From Selaginella moellendorffii (Eukaryota; Plantae; Lycopodiophyta): a stretch of DNA of 64,000 nt. The notes below the pieces were generated by a model. It saw only the letters and a program-made list of their open reading frames with translations. It searched no databases and was not told the origin of the DNA. The stretch is taken from NCBI RefSeq assembly GCF_000143415.4, contig NW_003314327.1, positions 388,851-452,850 on the forward strand. Reading direction: 5' to 3'. The position numbers were made by a program, and so were the translations under genes. Every line of letters starts with the position of its first letter. Within the stretch, counting starts at the first letter, position 1. Of the stretch, positions 11,175 to 26,325 are shown one piece after another.

Positions 11175-11806
11175 GCTTGAGTACGCGCTACGATCGAAGG
11201 AAACGAGAAAGCTAAAGTACCATCGGTGCGCGAGAAAAAAGTTCCAAGAGTTGAGGGACGAAGTGGTGAGGAGGAGGATATCAAGTGGAGCGATAACGGA
11301 ACATGGATGGATTGACCAGGTTGCTTGCTACTCTCTCTCAGCTCTTTCTCTCTTTTTTTCTTACTAAGCAACGTTTTTGAGGAGCGGGGATTTGTGGCTC
11401 TTTTCTTTTTCTTTTTTTTTTCTCTCCTCTTTTTGCTCCTGTACAGATTAGCGAGCCTCCAGTGGGAAGAAGAAATTTTCTCCACCTCTGGCAGCTGGCT
11501 GCTGTTGTGCTGTTGTCTGGGACTCTTGATTTCATAATGTAATAAAGCGCTGAAAATCAAAAACATCGTTTAAGATTATTCTAAAATTTTGTCCCCTTTT
11601 TCACCTTTTGTTCAAATGTTCATGGCAACAGAGTCTAAACATTTGTGGCTCTTGGATGGATTCTTCCTCTAAAAATGGATCCACCAGTCTTTGTGAAACA
11701 TGTGGAGAGGATGATATAGCACCATGGTTTCATCAACATTACTCTCCATACTATACCTTTTGAAAATGGATGGCAGAATATATTGCTTATCTGGTATTTA
11801 AGAATG

Positions 11807-11965
11807 TTGCCAAGATGGCCAACGACGCAGCGCTCGAGGTGCTCGACATGATCAGCGTGTTTGCGACCCAGACAAGGGCCGAGAAGCTATTCCGGCTACT
11901 GGCCGAGATCGAGTTGGCGTTCCAAGGACAGGTTTGCAGTCGAGTGCGCCAAGAGGTAGCTGATG
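11807..11965 (+). pseudogene. Short duplicated fragment of the neighbouring EXO70 (source 10102-10290)
   Basis: Near-identical sequence (ATGGCCAACGACGC.GCGCTCGAGGTGCTCGACATGATCAG...GGACAGGTTTGCAGTCGAGTGCGCCAAGAG) with a ~30-bp internal deletion. Confidence 0.92.
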
Positions 11966-12127
11966 CTGTGGATCGATCTTGCCTTCGAGAGGGGACAGAG
12001 AATCGAAATATTTTACCTGGGGATGGAGGAAATGGACCCGACGCTAGATGGCAAGTTTTAAAATTGCGAGGTAGCAAAGAAAAATGTGAAGGAAAAAAAA
12101 AAAAAAAAAACTATCAAACAAATTGCC

Positions 12128-13850
12128 TCAAGGGAGTTCCTTGCAAACGGAACACAAGAAAATGCCAATATATAGCAGCACACACTGCATGAAACCAGTT
12201 GTTGCAATAATCGCAAGCTATCCAGTGACCTCTCTCAGCTGTAACTTCAGAATCCTCCTTCCGGTGACATACTCCGCAGATGTCGATCGGCCGGTAGTTC
12301 CCGCGCTTGAATTCTTCAAAAGCGTTCTAAATTCTTCAATTGGACTCGTCAACCACTATTGTGCACTTTGCTGAGCTAACTCCGTTCTGGTTACCTTCGG
12401 AAGCGTTCCCCTTGAAGCTGGATACACGATTAGAAAGGCCATGATATATCAAGTATATACTGGAGTCCCAGTGCTGCTGCGTAAGCTGAGGTTTTGGAGC
12501 TGCCTTCCTTAGTGGATAGACTTGCGTGGCTTTCGTTGACCAGTGAACAGAACAATGGTCTCAGATGCAAAGTGAAAGCGCCACATCAAGTCCGAACCAG
12601 CACCATTGTCTGCTACGAAGAGTGTACACCTGTCACAGATGTAATCCAGGCTCGTGTACTGGCTCTCAGCAATGTACACAACCACCGCCTTGTTATCCAG
12701 GTGGAGCCTTTCACAATTTCACTTGTTTCCGTCTTAAGCCTCTCCATCGTTTCCGTCAGCGTCAGTCCATCAAACAGCGCCGTGCCATCACTCCATTCTC
12801 TGCATCCCACCAGCCCCAGGGGAAGAAGAATCCTTGAGGCTGCTTAGCGCGCTATAGATCTTATGTTTAATGTCGTCCACGCTTTGCAAGTAGTTGTGCA
12901 TCGCCAAAAGCGACTGGGGCTTATCTAAAACAACCCCATCACGGCCCATGATCTCTGCCTGCAATATGTTTGTACCAAATGACAGAGCATAACACCATCC
13001 AAAGTAGAAATACTGAATCGTGGCTTGCAGAAAAACATATCGAAGCTTGTAGGGTGTTCGGCCTGCAAGCCTGTTTCACCGTCTGATAGAATGACACCCC
13101 TGGCATGCCCTCTTTTGTTGTGAGCTGACGCATCACATCCCATAGTATATCATTGGTGATGATCTTCTCCGCACGCTCGTTAACCTGTAGAATGCCACGA
13201 TTTGTGTAGCATCTGACCAACCCCCACACATGTCGTACAAAGTAAAACCTGTTCGCAGCAAATAACCTGATGCTCCCTGTTAAAGACACCTGTAAGAACC
13301 GGCTTAGCCAGTGGATAGACGCCCCCCTCTGACATGTAATCCCCCTGGGCCGGATCTGGAGATGCCCTGTGCCTAACGGGAGGGATCTCAGCCTCCCGTA
13401 AAAGCAGCTCCTCACTCAAATCGTCTAGCCGTTTAATTTCCTGTCGAAGTTGATGTTGAGAACCATCCCGTTTCCAGTGTCGTTCAAAGATACTGACAGC
13501 AAGCTTGGATGAGTAGCCAGCGATAAGGCGTTACCCCTCTGTTCTTGCAGTAGAAGAAAATCTCCAGCCGAGTCAAAAGCAGCACCGCTTTGCTACGTCT
13601 TCCACCAAGTCCTTTGAGCCCCATTCGCCACGAAAAAGAGTCCAAAGTTCCATGCATAGAGTGTCCTCGTTTTGCCTCGTCCCAATCACCATTGCAAACC
13701 GGGTGGTAGAAAGCCAAGAACTTGTCAAACGCATCGGTCCTTTGCTCATGCAAACGATGCAGGGGTCTCCTCCCAAACAATGGAACGCCATTACTGGAAT
13801 AAATCCCCCCGTAAATCGTCTAAAAATATGGATTTCTAACTTCAACTTCA
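12128..13850 (-). pseudogene. Decayed multi-exon gene ending in a PHD finger, with possible Ulp1/C48 peptidase-like remnants
   Basis: Minus strand ICGVCHRKEDSEVTAERGHWIACDYCNNWFHAVC and, after a frameshift, FLCSVCKELP*. Upstream RILLP..GLV....ALFDGL and DNGAGSD/CGAF resemble Ulp1 motifs. Several stops and frameshifts. Confidence 0.55.
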
Positions 13851-14744
13851 TAAAACACAGGAAAGGAGAACTGCAGAAACCAAGTACAGTTTCCCAGCAG
13901 ACAGAGAGAGAAAAGTAAGGTGGCAAGAAAAAGTAAACCTCCAAGGACACAGAGGGCAGAGTCTACCTATGGTGTAGTTCTGGGCGAGGTGAGATTCAAG
14001 CGTCCTCCGCAGCCAAGGTCAGGGCTGCTAGGTTTTTTGCGGGACGCCTACGGGCATGGGCTTCTGGTAGATGTAGTTATGGACCAGAGTGTGGAGGGCG
14101 GCCAATACATCTACAAACGAGGTTTGTTCGTGAAAGCATGGTGCATTTGGGATTTTATTGGCGTGAGGATGTATGGGTGTGTGCCTGCACTTCCTGTTTT
14201 CGCAGTCAGCGTGGCTGTAAATCTGTTGGTGCTGGTTGTGCTATGCCGTCCTTCTCGCACCTTGATTTGAGTGACTAATTTGTTTCTGTCACAGTGGCTT
14301 CTCGACTGCACCACTTTCGTTGTTTGTGGAAGTGGTGTTGATGATTGATAATGATCTTTTCAGAATGCTTGAATTCTTCAGCGTTTGCCTGCTCTCTGTC
14401 CCGGTGTCTAGCTCATATAGCTTGTCCGAACAATGGAGTGTGTGTGTATGATGGGCCTGGTTTTTGTTGCTAAGTGTGTGGTGGTGGGTGACTGTTTTTT
14501 GTGGGTATTTTATTTTTCTTTTGGCAAGCATGGATTCGACTGCTTGTTGGTTAGGGATGCTTCAGATGTGTTGTTTAGTTTTGTTTCGGTTCTGATGCAC
14601 TGTTGCGGGCTTTATGTGACAAGTCTTCAGGCTGCGTCAGGTAGCAGCGGTTGTTTGAGTTGCGTACGGTTTAGGGTTTATGGACTTATAAACCCTAATA
14701 TCTTGTTCAAAATGAAAGAATATGCGTTATAGGATCTTAGCTTT

Positions 14745-15678
14745 ATGCCCTTATCTTTTATGGAGGTGGGAGTGGAATTCAGCGTCAGGGCGAAAGGCTT
14801 GAGTCAATACTCATGTTCAAATCCACGCCATAGTACGCTGGGATTTGGAGCTCTCAAAGCGGACAGGCGAGTTATAAGTACCAGAAGTAGAAATTTTCAT
14901 GCCAGGGTTGCGACTGGAGAATCTCAAGGTAAATTTTCACTCGTATAGAAATTCTGGAAAGCTTTCTTTCACAATCGTTCAGTGGGGGAAGTGGACAGCA
15001 AAGTCGAGGAGAGCGTTCTGGTGCTAAAGGCCGCTGCCAAGAGCAAGAAAATCCCAGCTCCAGAGGTGTTTGCGGCATTTAGAGTTTTGGAGAAAGCCCG
15101 CGTGGATCCATCCAATTTTCTAGAGACTTTGGGAGGAAGTAGTGGAGCTGAGCCCAGGTGCTGGATGCTTGTCTTCACTTCTGGAGCCAAAGTGGTAAGA
15201 AAACTTGTCATAAATCTAGAACTTTGCTCTTAGTTTTTGCTTTCGATTTGAAGGTGCGAGAAGCTTTGAAAGGTGGTGCTGGAGGTGGCACATACTTCCC
15301 ATTTACCGCTGTGCAGCAATACAATGCCACTGTAAGTTTCCAAAAGTTTTCACAAAGATTCGTCGTTAACAATGTGGATCACCGCAGACAAAGAGCATAC
15401 AAAACGGGCTCTACCTCGGCCCTCTTGGTGTGCTGGAATTCATGGGACGCTTCTCATGGTCCAAGAACAAGCTCTTCTTCATCTTCGATTCCCTGAGCTT
15501 CAAGGTTGGGCGTCTCGGCCCCTTCCAATTCGCGATCAGCAAGAAAGAAGAGCTGGATCGAGAGCCCGGGAACAAAGATCCCTTCTTCATCTGGTTCTAC
15601 GCGGACGAAGAAATCGTCGTTGGAAAGGGGCGAGGAGGAGGCATTGCTCTATGGGTGCGTTGCAATCGAAGAGTTTGA
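14745..15678 (+). CDS. Plastid fibrillin-like/PAP-fold protein (recalled similarity to Arabidopsis AT1G18060), 4 exons
   Basis: Transit-like exon 1; LEKARVDPSNFLETLGG, WMLVFT, YFPFTAVQQY, IQNGLYLGPLG, KDPFFIWFYADEEIVVGKGRGGGIALW. Confidence 0.75.
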
Positions 15679-16102
15679 ACCTCAGCCGCTAGATCAGAAA
15701 CTGCAAATCTCAGGCGTTGGTTTTAATCGCATCGTGGCCGTCTGTTCTGAACCTGGCATCGACGGCCATGATGGGCGGGAGACGGACGGCCAAGATATGC
15801 GGAGGAAGGGAGTGAAAGTAGATGTGTTTGTTGTTTTATTTAGGGTCTTCGCCGCCATAGCCAGTGTGGGGGGAAGAAGATTTGTGGCGGAAGAGTAGTA
15901 GCAGCTTCAGATCTCTCGCAGAAGAAGGCCTCGCATCTCCGGTAAAGATCGTCCAATCCTCTCCTAGGGCTAGGGTTTTGTGGGCCGCGGCAAATCGGTT
16001 CCATGCGCGGCGCTGCCCTTCTCGTCCTGCTCTCTCCACCGCCAAGCCGCCGCCGGAGCGCGCCGTAACACTTTTCTTTGATTCTTTGTAGCCGCGCTGG
16101 AA

Positions 16103-18337
<2,235 letters not shown>

Positions 18338-19214
18338 TTTCAAGGAGGAACTGAAAAGAAGGATTTACTTTTTAAGGACTTCCATTTCTAAAGCTGTACA
18401 ATGTTGAAGTTTTGTTGTAACGATGATTAAGAGTACTTATGATGATATGCACTGGAGAAAATATTTCTAAAATGATGGACATATCCCTGCAAAGGTGACG
18501 GCGGGCCCGCGACACAACACAGGAGCATGTGTTATGTTGAGAGGCTGGGAATTTACACTGGGGCCTTGTCAGGGACACTGTCCCTGGCAAAGCTACAGTA
18601 GCCAGCGAAGCACTAAGAAAGAAAGAAAGAAAGCGTTGCCACACCAACAAAAGTGGTGTGTGAGTGTGTGTGTAAGAGGGGAGGAAAGAAGCGAGGAAGA
18701 AGAAGAGAAGAGAGAGCTTGTCTGATTGCTCTCTGTGTGGCTGGCGCTGCGCAAAGAATTGATAGATGGTGTGAGAAATTCGTAGGGAATTTGGTGAAAT
18801 CGATTGGGTTTTCTTCCCGTAAGATCGTTGCTGGGCGTGATTGCGACGGCCTCGATCGGCATTTTGCCGGATCTGGATCTACATTCCTTCGTCGCGTCCT
18901 TTCCCTTCATTGGATCTCCTGGCGATGAATTGATGAAGATCCAATCAATATGTCCCTTGGCTTTTGGGTAGATCTTGGCGATTCGGGAGGAGATTGGCGA
19001 ATTGGATGAGAGGTAATGTGTCTAGTAGAGGATGGCTTGATGGAATTGGAGATCTACCCGTACTGTAGCGTTCTAGACAGAGTCAAGCCTTGATCTATCT
19101 ATTTGTCGCTTTTCCTTCGTCCACTCTATCTAAATCTTTTGCCTTTGGCATGGGTTTGCAGGTTTTTTGCTTCGTCGCCTTCTTTCTTCTCTTCTGCCGC
19201 TCTGATTGATTGAC

Positions 19215-21562
19215 ATGGGGAAGTCTACGCGGTGGCTGCTGGCCTTGATTGGACTCAAGAAATCCTCGAAAAAATCCTCTGTGGAAGAACAAGATGTGGT
19301 AAGCTCCAGATAGTTTACTATGATAGGTAATAGAATGTTTTCCACACTTTAGAGGAAGAGCAGCAAAGACAAGAGGCGATGGAGCTTTGGAAAATCAGCA
19401 GCGGCCCCGGCAGACTTCGCGAAACCCAGCTCCAGTTCCGCGAGAGAGATGGATCACAGCCAAAACGAGCAGGCCAAGCACGCGATTGCGATCGCGGCTG
19501 CGTCCGCTGCCGCCGCCGAGGCCGCCGTCGCTGCTGCTCATGCCGCTGCTGCGGTGGTCCGCCTCACTGGCGCTGCAAACTACGCTAGTCCAGTTTTCGA
19601 GCTCATCAGTCGCGAGGAATGGGCCGCTATCAAAATCCAGACTGCCTTTCGTGGCTACTTAGTAAGTTGTTCTTCGAGCTCGCCACCTTGCTTCTTATCG
19701 AGAGCTTGATTGTTTCTCTAGGCTCGGCGAGCTTTGCGTGCGCTGAAGGCAGTGGTGAGGATCCAGGCATTGTTTCGAGGCCACCGAGTTCGAAAGCAGG
19801 CCGCCATAACTTTACGATGCATGCAAGCTCTTGTCCGAGTCCAGGCCCGAGTCCGAGCTCGCCGGGTCCGGATGTCCAAGGAAGGTCAGGCTGTCCAGCA
19901 GCAGCTCCTGGAGCGCAGGGGACGCTATCGAAAATCCATGGTTTGTTCATTGCTTTTTCTTTCGATAGTCCATTTTTTCATTCTTTTTGTTTTCTTCGAT
20001 CGTAGGATGGATGGATTGCAAGCACTGGCACTGTGGAGGATTTCCATGCCAAGAACGAGCGAAAGCACCTGGGAGCGATGAAACGGGAGCGAGCTCTGGC
20101 CTATGCATTCTCCCAATCAAACCAGGTCTGTGTAGAGATTTTGTTCATGTTGAGAGAAAATCGTGCTTGTTTGTCATGTCTCAAAACAAATTTCTCTTTT
20201 TCTATCTCTGGAGTCCAATGTTTCTTTTTGCATGTATAGATTGCGAGTGATGGTTCTGTGCTCTCAAAGTCGTCAAAATTCTATCTTTTCCATCCCTGGA
20301 GAGTTTCTTTCTTTCTTTTTGCATGTATGGATTGCTCAAAGTCTCTTTTATTATTTCGTATGTTTCTCTAGCTGGCTTTCTCGCTATTCTCAAAACTCTT
20401 CTGCAAGTTCGTCCAGATCACGATGTGTGTTTATTATAGCCACATTTTCATGGTCAATTACTTTGGTTCTGTTTCTGTGATATAGCTGACGAAGTTTCTG
20501 GCCGAGTTGCAGAGCCGAACAGCATCACCCATGGTGATCGACTGCGAGCCCGACACCCCACACTGGGGCTGGAGCTGGCTCGAGCGATGGATGGCGGCGC
20601 GGCCCTGGGAGAATCCTTTCGAGGCCACCAGTCCGGTCGATTCCGGCTGCACCAAGATCGTCGAAGTCGACTATAACAACCAGTCCACCAACAAGCTAAA
20701 TCCAGCCAAAGCTCCGCCGCCACCACCTTTGTCATCAACACCACCGAGCAGCAACACAGCCATAGCAAAACCCGCCAAGAAACGATCCGGCTCCGCCTCG
20801 GAATCCATCCCGGACGCGCACAAGATCGTGATTCCAAGCCCCACGAATCCAGCGCCTCCAATCTCCACTGATCGCCACGGACTTTCCCCCAATGCGCAAA
20901 ACTTGCTCTCTCACCCGAGTCCAGTGATCGACCACCACCACCACGCCGATCAATCCTCCAGCGCTGCCGCCATTGCCGCTTCTCCAAAAGATCTCCTGGC
21001 TCTGGACGACTGTTTCGCCAAGAACACCCTCAAGCCTCTCAAGAACGCTGCTGCTGCTGGTGCGGGTACCAGCGCGGAAAACCAGAGCTTTGTCCAGGAT
21101 TTCCAGCAGGGGATCATCCGGGACATGGATCTCACCCTCGCCGGATCCTCGTCCGAGCTCCCGGCGGCGGCGGTGCCGAGCTACATGGCCACCACGCAGT
21201 CGTCCAAGGCCAAAGTTCGCTCCCACAGCACGCCCAAGCAAAGGCCGGAGCAGCTCTTGGGCTTGACGATGCCCGACACTCCCAGGAAGAGCATGAGAAA
21301 CTCCATGAATGGCGGCCACCTCCTCCTCGCCGCCACCACCGCCAGTGGAAGTTTCTCCTCCGCCACCGCTGCCGCCAATAATGCTGGCTCCATCGCTGGA
21401 GCCCTGCTGAGAAGAGGTGGCAGCGCTTCCTCCTCGCAGCACGGCAATGGCAGAGGCTTCTCCACTGGATCCATGGCGCTGGATAGATCCTTGATCTCTT
21501 TCAAGGATGGCCACGCGAGCTTGTCCATCAATGGCGACATGAGAAAGCCCTTTAGATTCTAG
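19215..21562 (+). CDS. IQD: IQ67-domain calmodulin-binding protein with DUF4005
   Basis: [60 protein letters not shown]|[49 protein letters not shown]. Confidence 0.96.
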
Positions 21563-22319
21563 TCTTCTCCCAAAAGAACTGGAGGACAACGAAGTGTAAG
21601 TATACGTAGTTCGTGTGTGAATAATACATTCCATACTCGTGTCTTCGCGGGAAATTTCAAATTTTAAAAAAGATACTTTTCAAATATACCAATTTCGATT
21701 TTCTTCTCGAAGGAGAATATCCTTAGGAGTAGCTTGAGGGCCATTGTAGGAAATTTAAATGTCGGGAGTGGAAAAACAGCGTTCACTGGCCCTCCGTACA
21801 CCGGGCGGTCAAACCTGTGGCATATTCTCCTAGCCGTGCATACGGATTGCTGGAATTGGCGCCAAACGCCACAGGCCGTTGGATGGGCATATTCCAGATA
21901 GGGTAAGCTCTCTGTTAGGTGCATTTATGATCCTTAGTAGGGGTTTTTATTGGCCGGTGGCTTTGGAGCGCCGGTGGCAGTGGCGATCGATTAGTTCCTT
22001 CGATCTTCTCTATTTTTTTAGCAGGGTTTCTCCTTCCAGGGCATTGACAAGCGAAGCATTGATCAGTGTTGCAGTGGGATCCAGGGCGTGGCACACAGCG
22101 CTTCTTCCACTTCTTTCTTTTCTCTTCTTTACTCTCCCGGCAAGGGTTGCTTTCTTCGAGGCGCTGGGCTTGCATTTGACAGTTCCGTGACAGGAATCCC
22201 TGGAAAGCTCCCATTTCTCGCGGCAATGAGGAAGGTGAAGTGAAATATCGGGAGCATTGCTGGGATCTTCAGTGATTTCGCATGGCTTGGCGATCTAGCT
22301 AGCGATATTTCGGGGAGCG

Positions 22320-25300
22320 ATGGAGGAATCGGGGGAATTTCGCATGGATGTGAGCAGGGAAGTTGCGAGCACTAGCGGCAGGCGATCCAATTCGCTCCAT
22401 TTGCAGCTCGGCGATGTGTTGCATAGCGGCAGCAGCAGCAGCAGTAGCCAGATCGTGCTCGAGGTCACGCTTGACGTTCACAGGGATTCGATCTCGCTCA
22501 AGAGCGTCGCCCCGGCTGGAAATCCCGAAAATATTCTCCGCTTGCATTCGTGGGATAAAATGTTGCATCATGGCAAATCGGAGATGGAGCTCAAGAAGGT
22601 GGGGCGCAATGGGAGCTCCGCGCGGATCTTGCCGCTGAATTTCTCCCCGGATGGCGAGGGCGGCCAGCTCTCGAGATCGATGTCCGGCACGGAGTATGCG
22701 ATCGAGGGCTTGCGCTTCATCGAGAAGACAATTGCCAGCAAGAACGCAAAGTCTCAGTGGGAGGCTGTGGAGCTTAGATTTCACAAGCTCGCCAACGAGG
22801 AGTGTCGGCTTTCACGCTCGGACTTTGGGGAATGCATTGGTAAGCCAACAAGAAAGAGTTTGATGGAAAAGCTGACGATCGTTAACTACTCAGGAATGAG
22901 CGATTCCAAGGAATTTGCGGAGTTGCTGTTTGATGCTCTAGCCCGGCGGAAAGGCCATGACGAGCTGTGGACCGCTTCGAAGGAAGAACTCCGGGACTTT
23001 TGGCTTCAAATCACAGACAAGAGATTTAGCTCTCGATTGCAAACATTTTTTGACTTGTAAGTTGTCCAGTCTTTTCTTTGATTGTTCTAAATTTTATCCA
23101 TAGGTGTGACACGGATCTGGACGGTCGCATATCAGAAAACGAAGTGAAAGAGGTACATATGGAGTTGATTTTACTCCCTCTGCTTTTGCTCGAGCTAAAC
23201 TAAAGGAACAAGCCCCGGATTGCAGATAATTCTACTCAGTGCGTCGGCGAACAAGCTCTCGTTTCTGCAAGAGCAAGCTGAAGAATACGCAGCTCTCATC
23301 ATGGGAGAACTCGATCAGAATAAACAAGGATACATTGAGGTAAGAAGCTTCCTACCACGCAACCTTTCAACGTTCAACTTATTTCAGGTGAAACAACTTG
23401 AACGGTTGATGCGAGAGCCGATCGCACTCGCTGAGGATCCGTCCTATGGGTACGCGTGTGCTCCAACTTTACACTCTCGAAGAAGAAACCGATTGCATTT
23501 ACTCCAGAGAACGATCAAGTACTTCGCTCTGGACAACTGGCAGCGGATATGGGTGCTGTGCGTGTGGTTTCTCGCCATGACCGGTCTTTTCACCTGGAAG
23601 TTCATAGAGTACAAGAACAGAGCCGCTTTTAAGATCATGGGATACTGTGTGTGCACGGCCAAGGGCGCTGCGGAGACTTTGAAACTCAACATGGCATTGG
23701 TCCTGCTGCCAGTTTGCAGGATCACAATCACGTCCTTACGCTCCACTGTTTTCGGATCCATACTACCTTTCAACGACAACATCAACTTTCACAAGGTATG
23801 ACTTCGTTTGTTCCTGTGTTTGTACGCATGCTTACTTACGATGGCCTGTTTTCCAGCTTATTGCTGCAGCGATTTTGTTCGGCGTTTTGCTTCACGGAGG
23901 AACTCATATTGCTTGTGACTTCCCCAAGATGGCCAACGCAAACAGTCGTATATTTCTTGATACTATTGGGCATGGTTTCCACGGCCGGCAACCATCTTTC
24001 CTTGGCATATTGGCTTCGATTGAGGGGATTACGGGGATTATCATGGTGGTCCTGATGTCAATAGCTTTTCTTCTTGCAACGCACTGGTCCCGCAAGAACA
24101 TCGTCAGGCTCCCTTGGCCCCTCCACAGGTTAACAGGATTCAACGCATTTTGGTACTCGCATCATCTTTTTATTTTGGTCTACGCCTTGCTGATCATACA
24201 CTCGGTGTTTCTCTTCCTGACCCCAGACTGGCTGCAAAAGACGGTACCTACATTATGATCTGATTGACTTCTGATATTTTTTGTACTGCAGACGTGGATA
24301 TATCTATCCTGTCCATTGCTGCTGTACGTTGGCGAGAGGTTCCTGCGCGTTTTAAGATCGAGGCAGCATCGAGTCAACATAGTAAAGGTAACTTTCCGCA
24401 GCAAATTGTCTCTCGCGCTGAAACTTTGTTTCACAGGCAGCAATTCATCCTGGCAACGTTCTTGCCTTGGACATGACGAAACCTCCAGGCTTCAAGTATC
24501 GGAGTGGCATGTACATGTTTCTGCAGTGTCCAGCGATCTCGCCATTCGAGTGGTAAAAATCTTTGTGACCCTAGCAAGCAGATTGAAACACTTTTTCTTC
24601 TTCTTTTGTATGGCCAGGCATCCCTTCTCGATCACGTCTGCGCCCGACGACGAGTTTTTAAATGTGCACATACGGACAGTGGGGGACTGGACCAAGGAAA
24701 TGAGGAAAATGTTTGCAAAGGTTTGTTTGCTTCCCCTTCAATGCCTGTCCTGATCCACAGTTGTGCGTAGGCAGTTGACACTAGCTCTTCCATCGACGAT
24801 TCACGGTCAGTGATTCCAACAACCAAACGTTTCCGTTAGTCCGCGGCTGGCTGGCTTACATCTCCTGACAGGTTTCCAAAGCTCTACATTGATGGACCTT
24901 ATGGCGCTCCTGCTCAGGACTACCGGAAGTATGACGTGATGCTCCTCGTTGGCTTGGGAATCGGAGCTACACCTTTTATCAGCATCTTAAAGGACATGCT
25001 CAACAACATCAAATCCACGGAGCAACAGTCGGTAAGCTTCTCTCTTTTGTTTTCTAGTTCTTTTCTTAGCACAAGTTGTGTTGCTTGCTTGCTCGCAGGA
25101 CATAGACTTTAGCAAGCCGTTTGATAGCCCGAGAAGAAAGAGCCGCAAGTCTCGTGGCCCAACAAACGCCTACTTCTACTGGGTCACCAGAGAGCAAGGC
25201 TCGTTCGAGTGGTTCAAAGGCGTCATGAATGAGGTGGCCGAAATAGATCACAAGGTCAGCCACTCGTCACCAATCTTAAGTCAGCCCCGCAACCACGATA

Positions 25301-25810
25301 GAAGCTCTTGGTTGATTGCAATGCTCAAAAGAAAAGATTTATTGCTGACGTATAAAGTTTTTGCTTCCGCAGGCAGTAATTGAGATGCACAACTACCTCA
25401 CAAGCGTGTACGAGGAAGGTGACGCGCGCTCGGCTCTCATTGCAATGGTACAAGCTCTACACCACACCAAAAACGGCGTGGATATCGTCTCGGGCACCCG
25501 GGTAAAAAACTTTCATCCCCAGAGCTTTCGCTAAGATCTTCTTTTCTTCTTCTTTGTGCCCAGGCACGCACTCACTTCGCAAGGCCAAACTGGGACAAGG
25601 TGTTTGCACGTCTCACTGCTACACACGACAATTCAAGGATAGGTAAGAAGAAGAGAAGAAAATGATGAGAGCAAACTCCACTTACTTTGGTTGTTGTTAG
25701 GAGTGTTCTACTGCGGGCCTTCGCAAGTCGCCAAAGAGTTAGATGTGCTGTCCCGGAAGTATTCCCAAGAGTCCAACACCAAATTTATATTCCATAAGGA
25801 GAACTTTTAG
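22320..25810 (+). CDS. RBOH: Respiratory burst oxidase homolog (NADPH oxidase), multi-exon
   Basis: GLRFI, FGECIG|[10 protein letters not shown]-hand region, [87 protein letters not shown]. Confidence 0.97.
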
Positions 25811-26325
25811 GCCGCGCGAAAAGAGCAGTGGAAAAAGAGGAAGAACCTCTCTTTCTCTTAGCTGCAACAGTGGGAGCCTTTTATGCAAGAGCACGACGCT
25901 CTACCTCATCCCAGTAGACGTTTGGTGGCCATTGTCAGCGGGCCTGGACCACGTCACCACTGGATATATTATGTATAGCTATCGCAACACGAAAATAAAT
26001 TACAAATCCACATTGTACCTGCCATGTCGGTGCTCCAAAATCTTTCCAAAGGTTTGGCTGGCCACCAAAATCTATCGTCATCCACCGCAAGAAGAATCCA
26101 TGGCTATGTTATGCTAAAACAACCAGCAATATAAAATTGTGAGCATCTCAGCTCTTGATAACAATACTTATTGTGGTGCGAGGATCGCTTTAATGCTGCA
26201 GTTTGTTGGTTGGAAAGAAAACCTAAACCCCGCCGATGGTTGATTCTATCGTCCATGCCAACTTGCTTGAACAACCCCGCTCTGTTGCTTCCGTTGTGGG
26301 GAGCTGTCAAGATGGACGCACTCTC

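Noticed and set aside
14660-14700. Telomere-like TTAGGGTTT/AAACCCTAA motifs as an interstitial telomere
   Set aside because: Isolated single units near gene starts; ordinary telo-box promoter elements.
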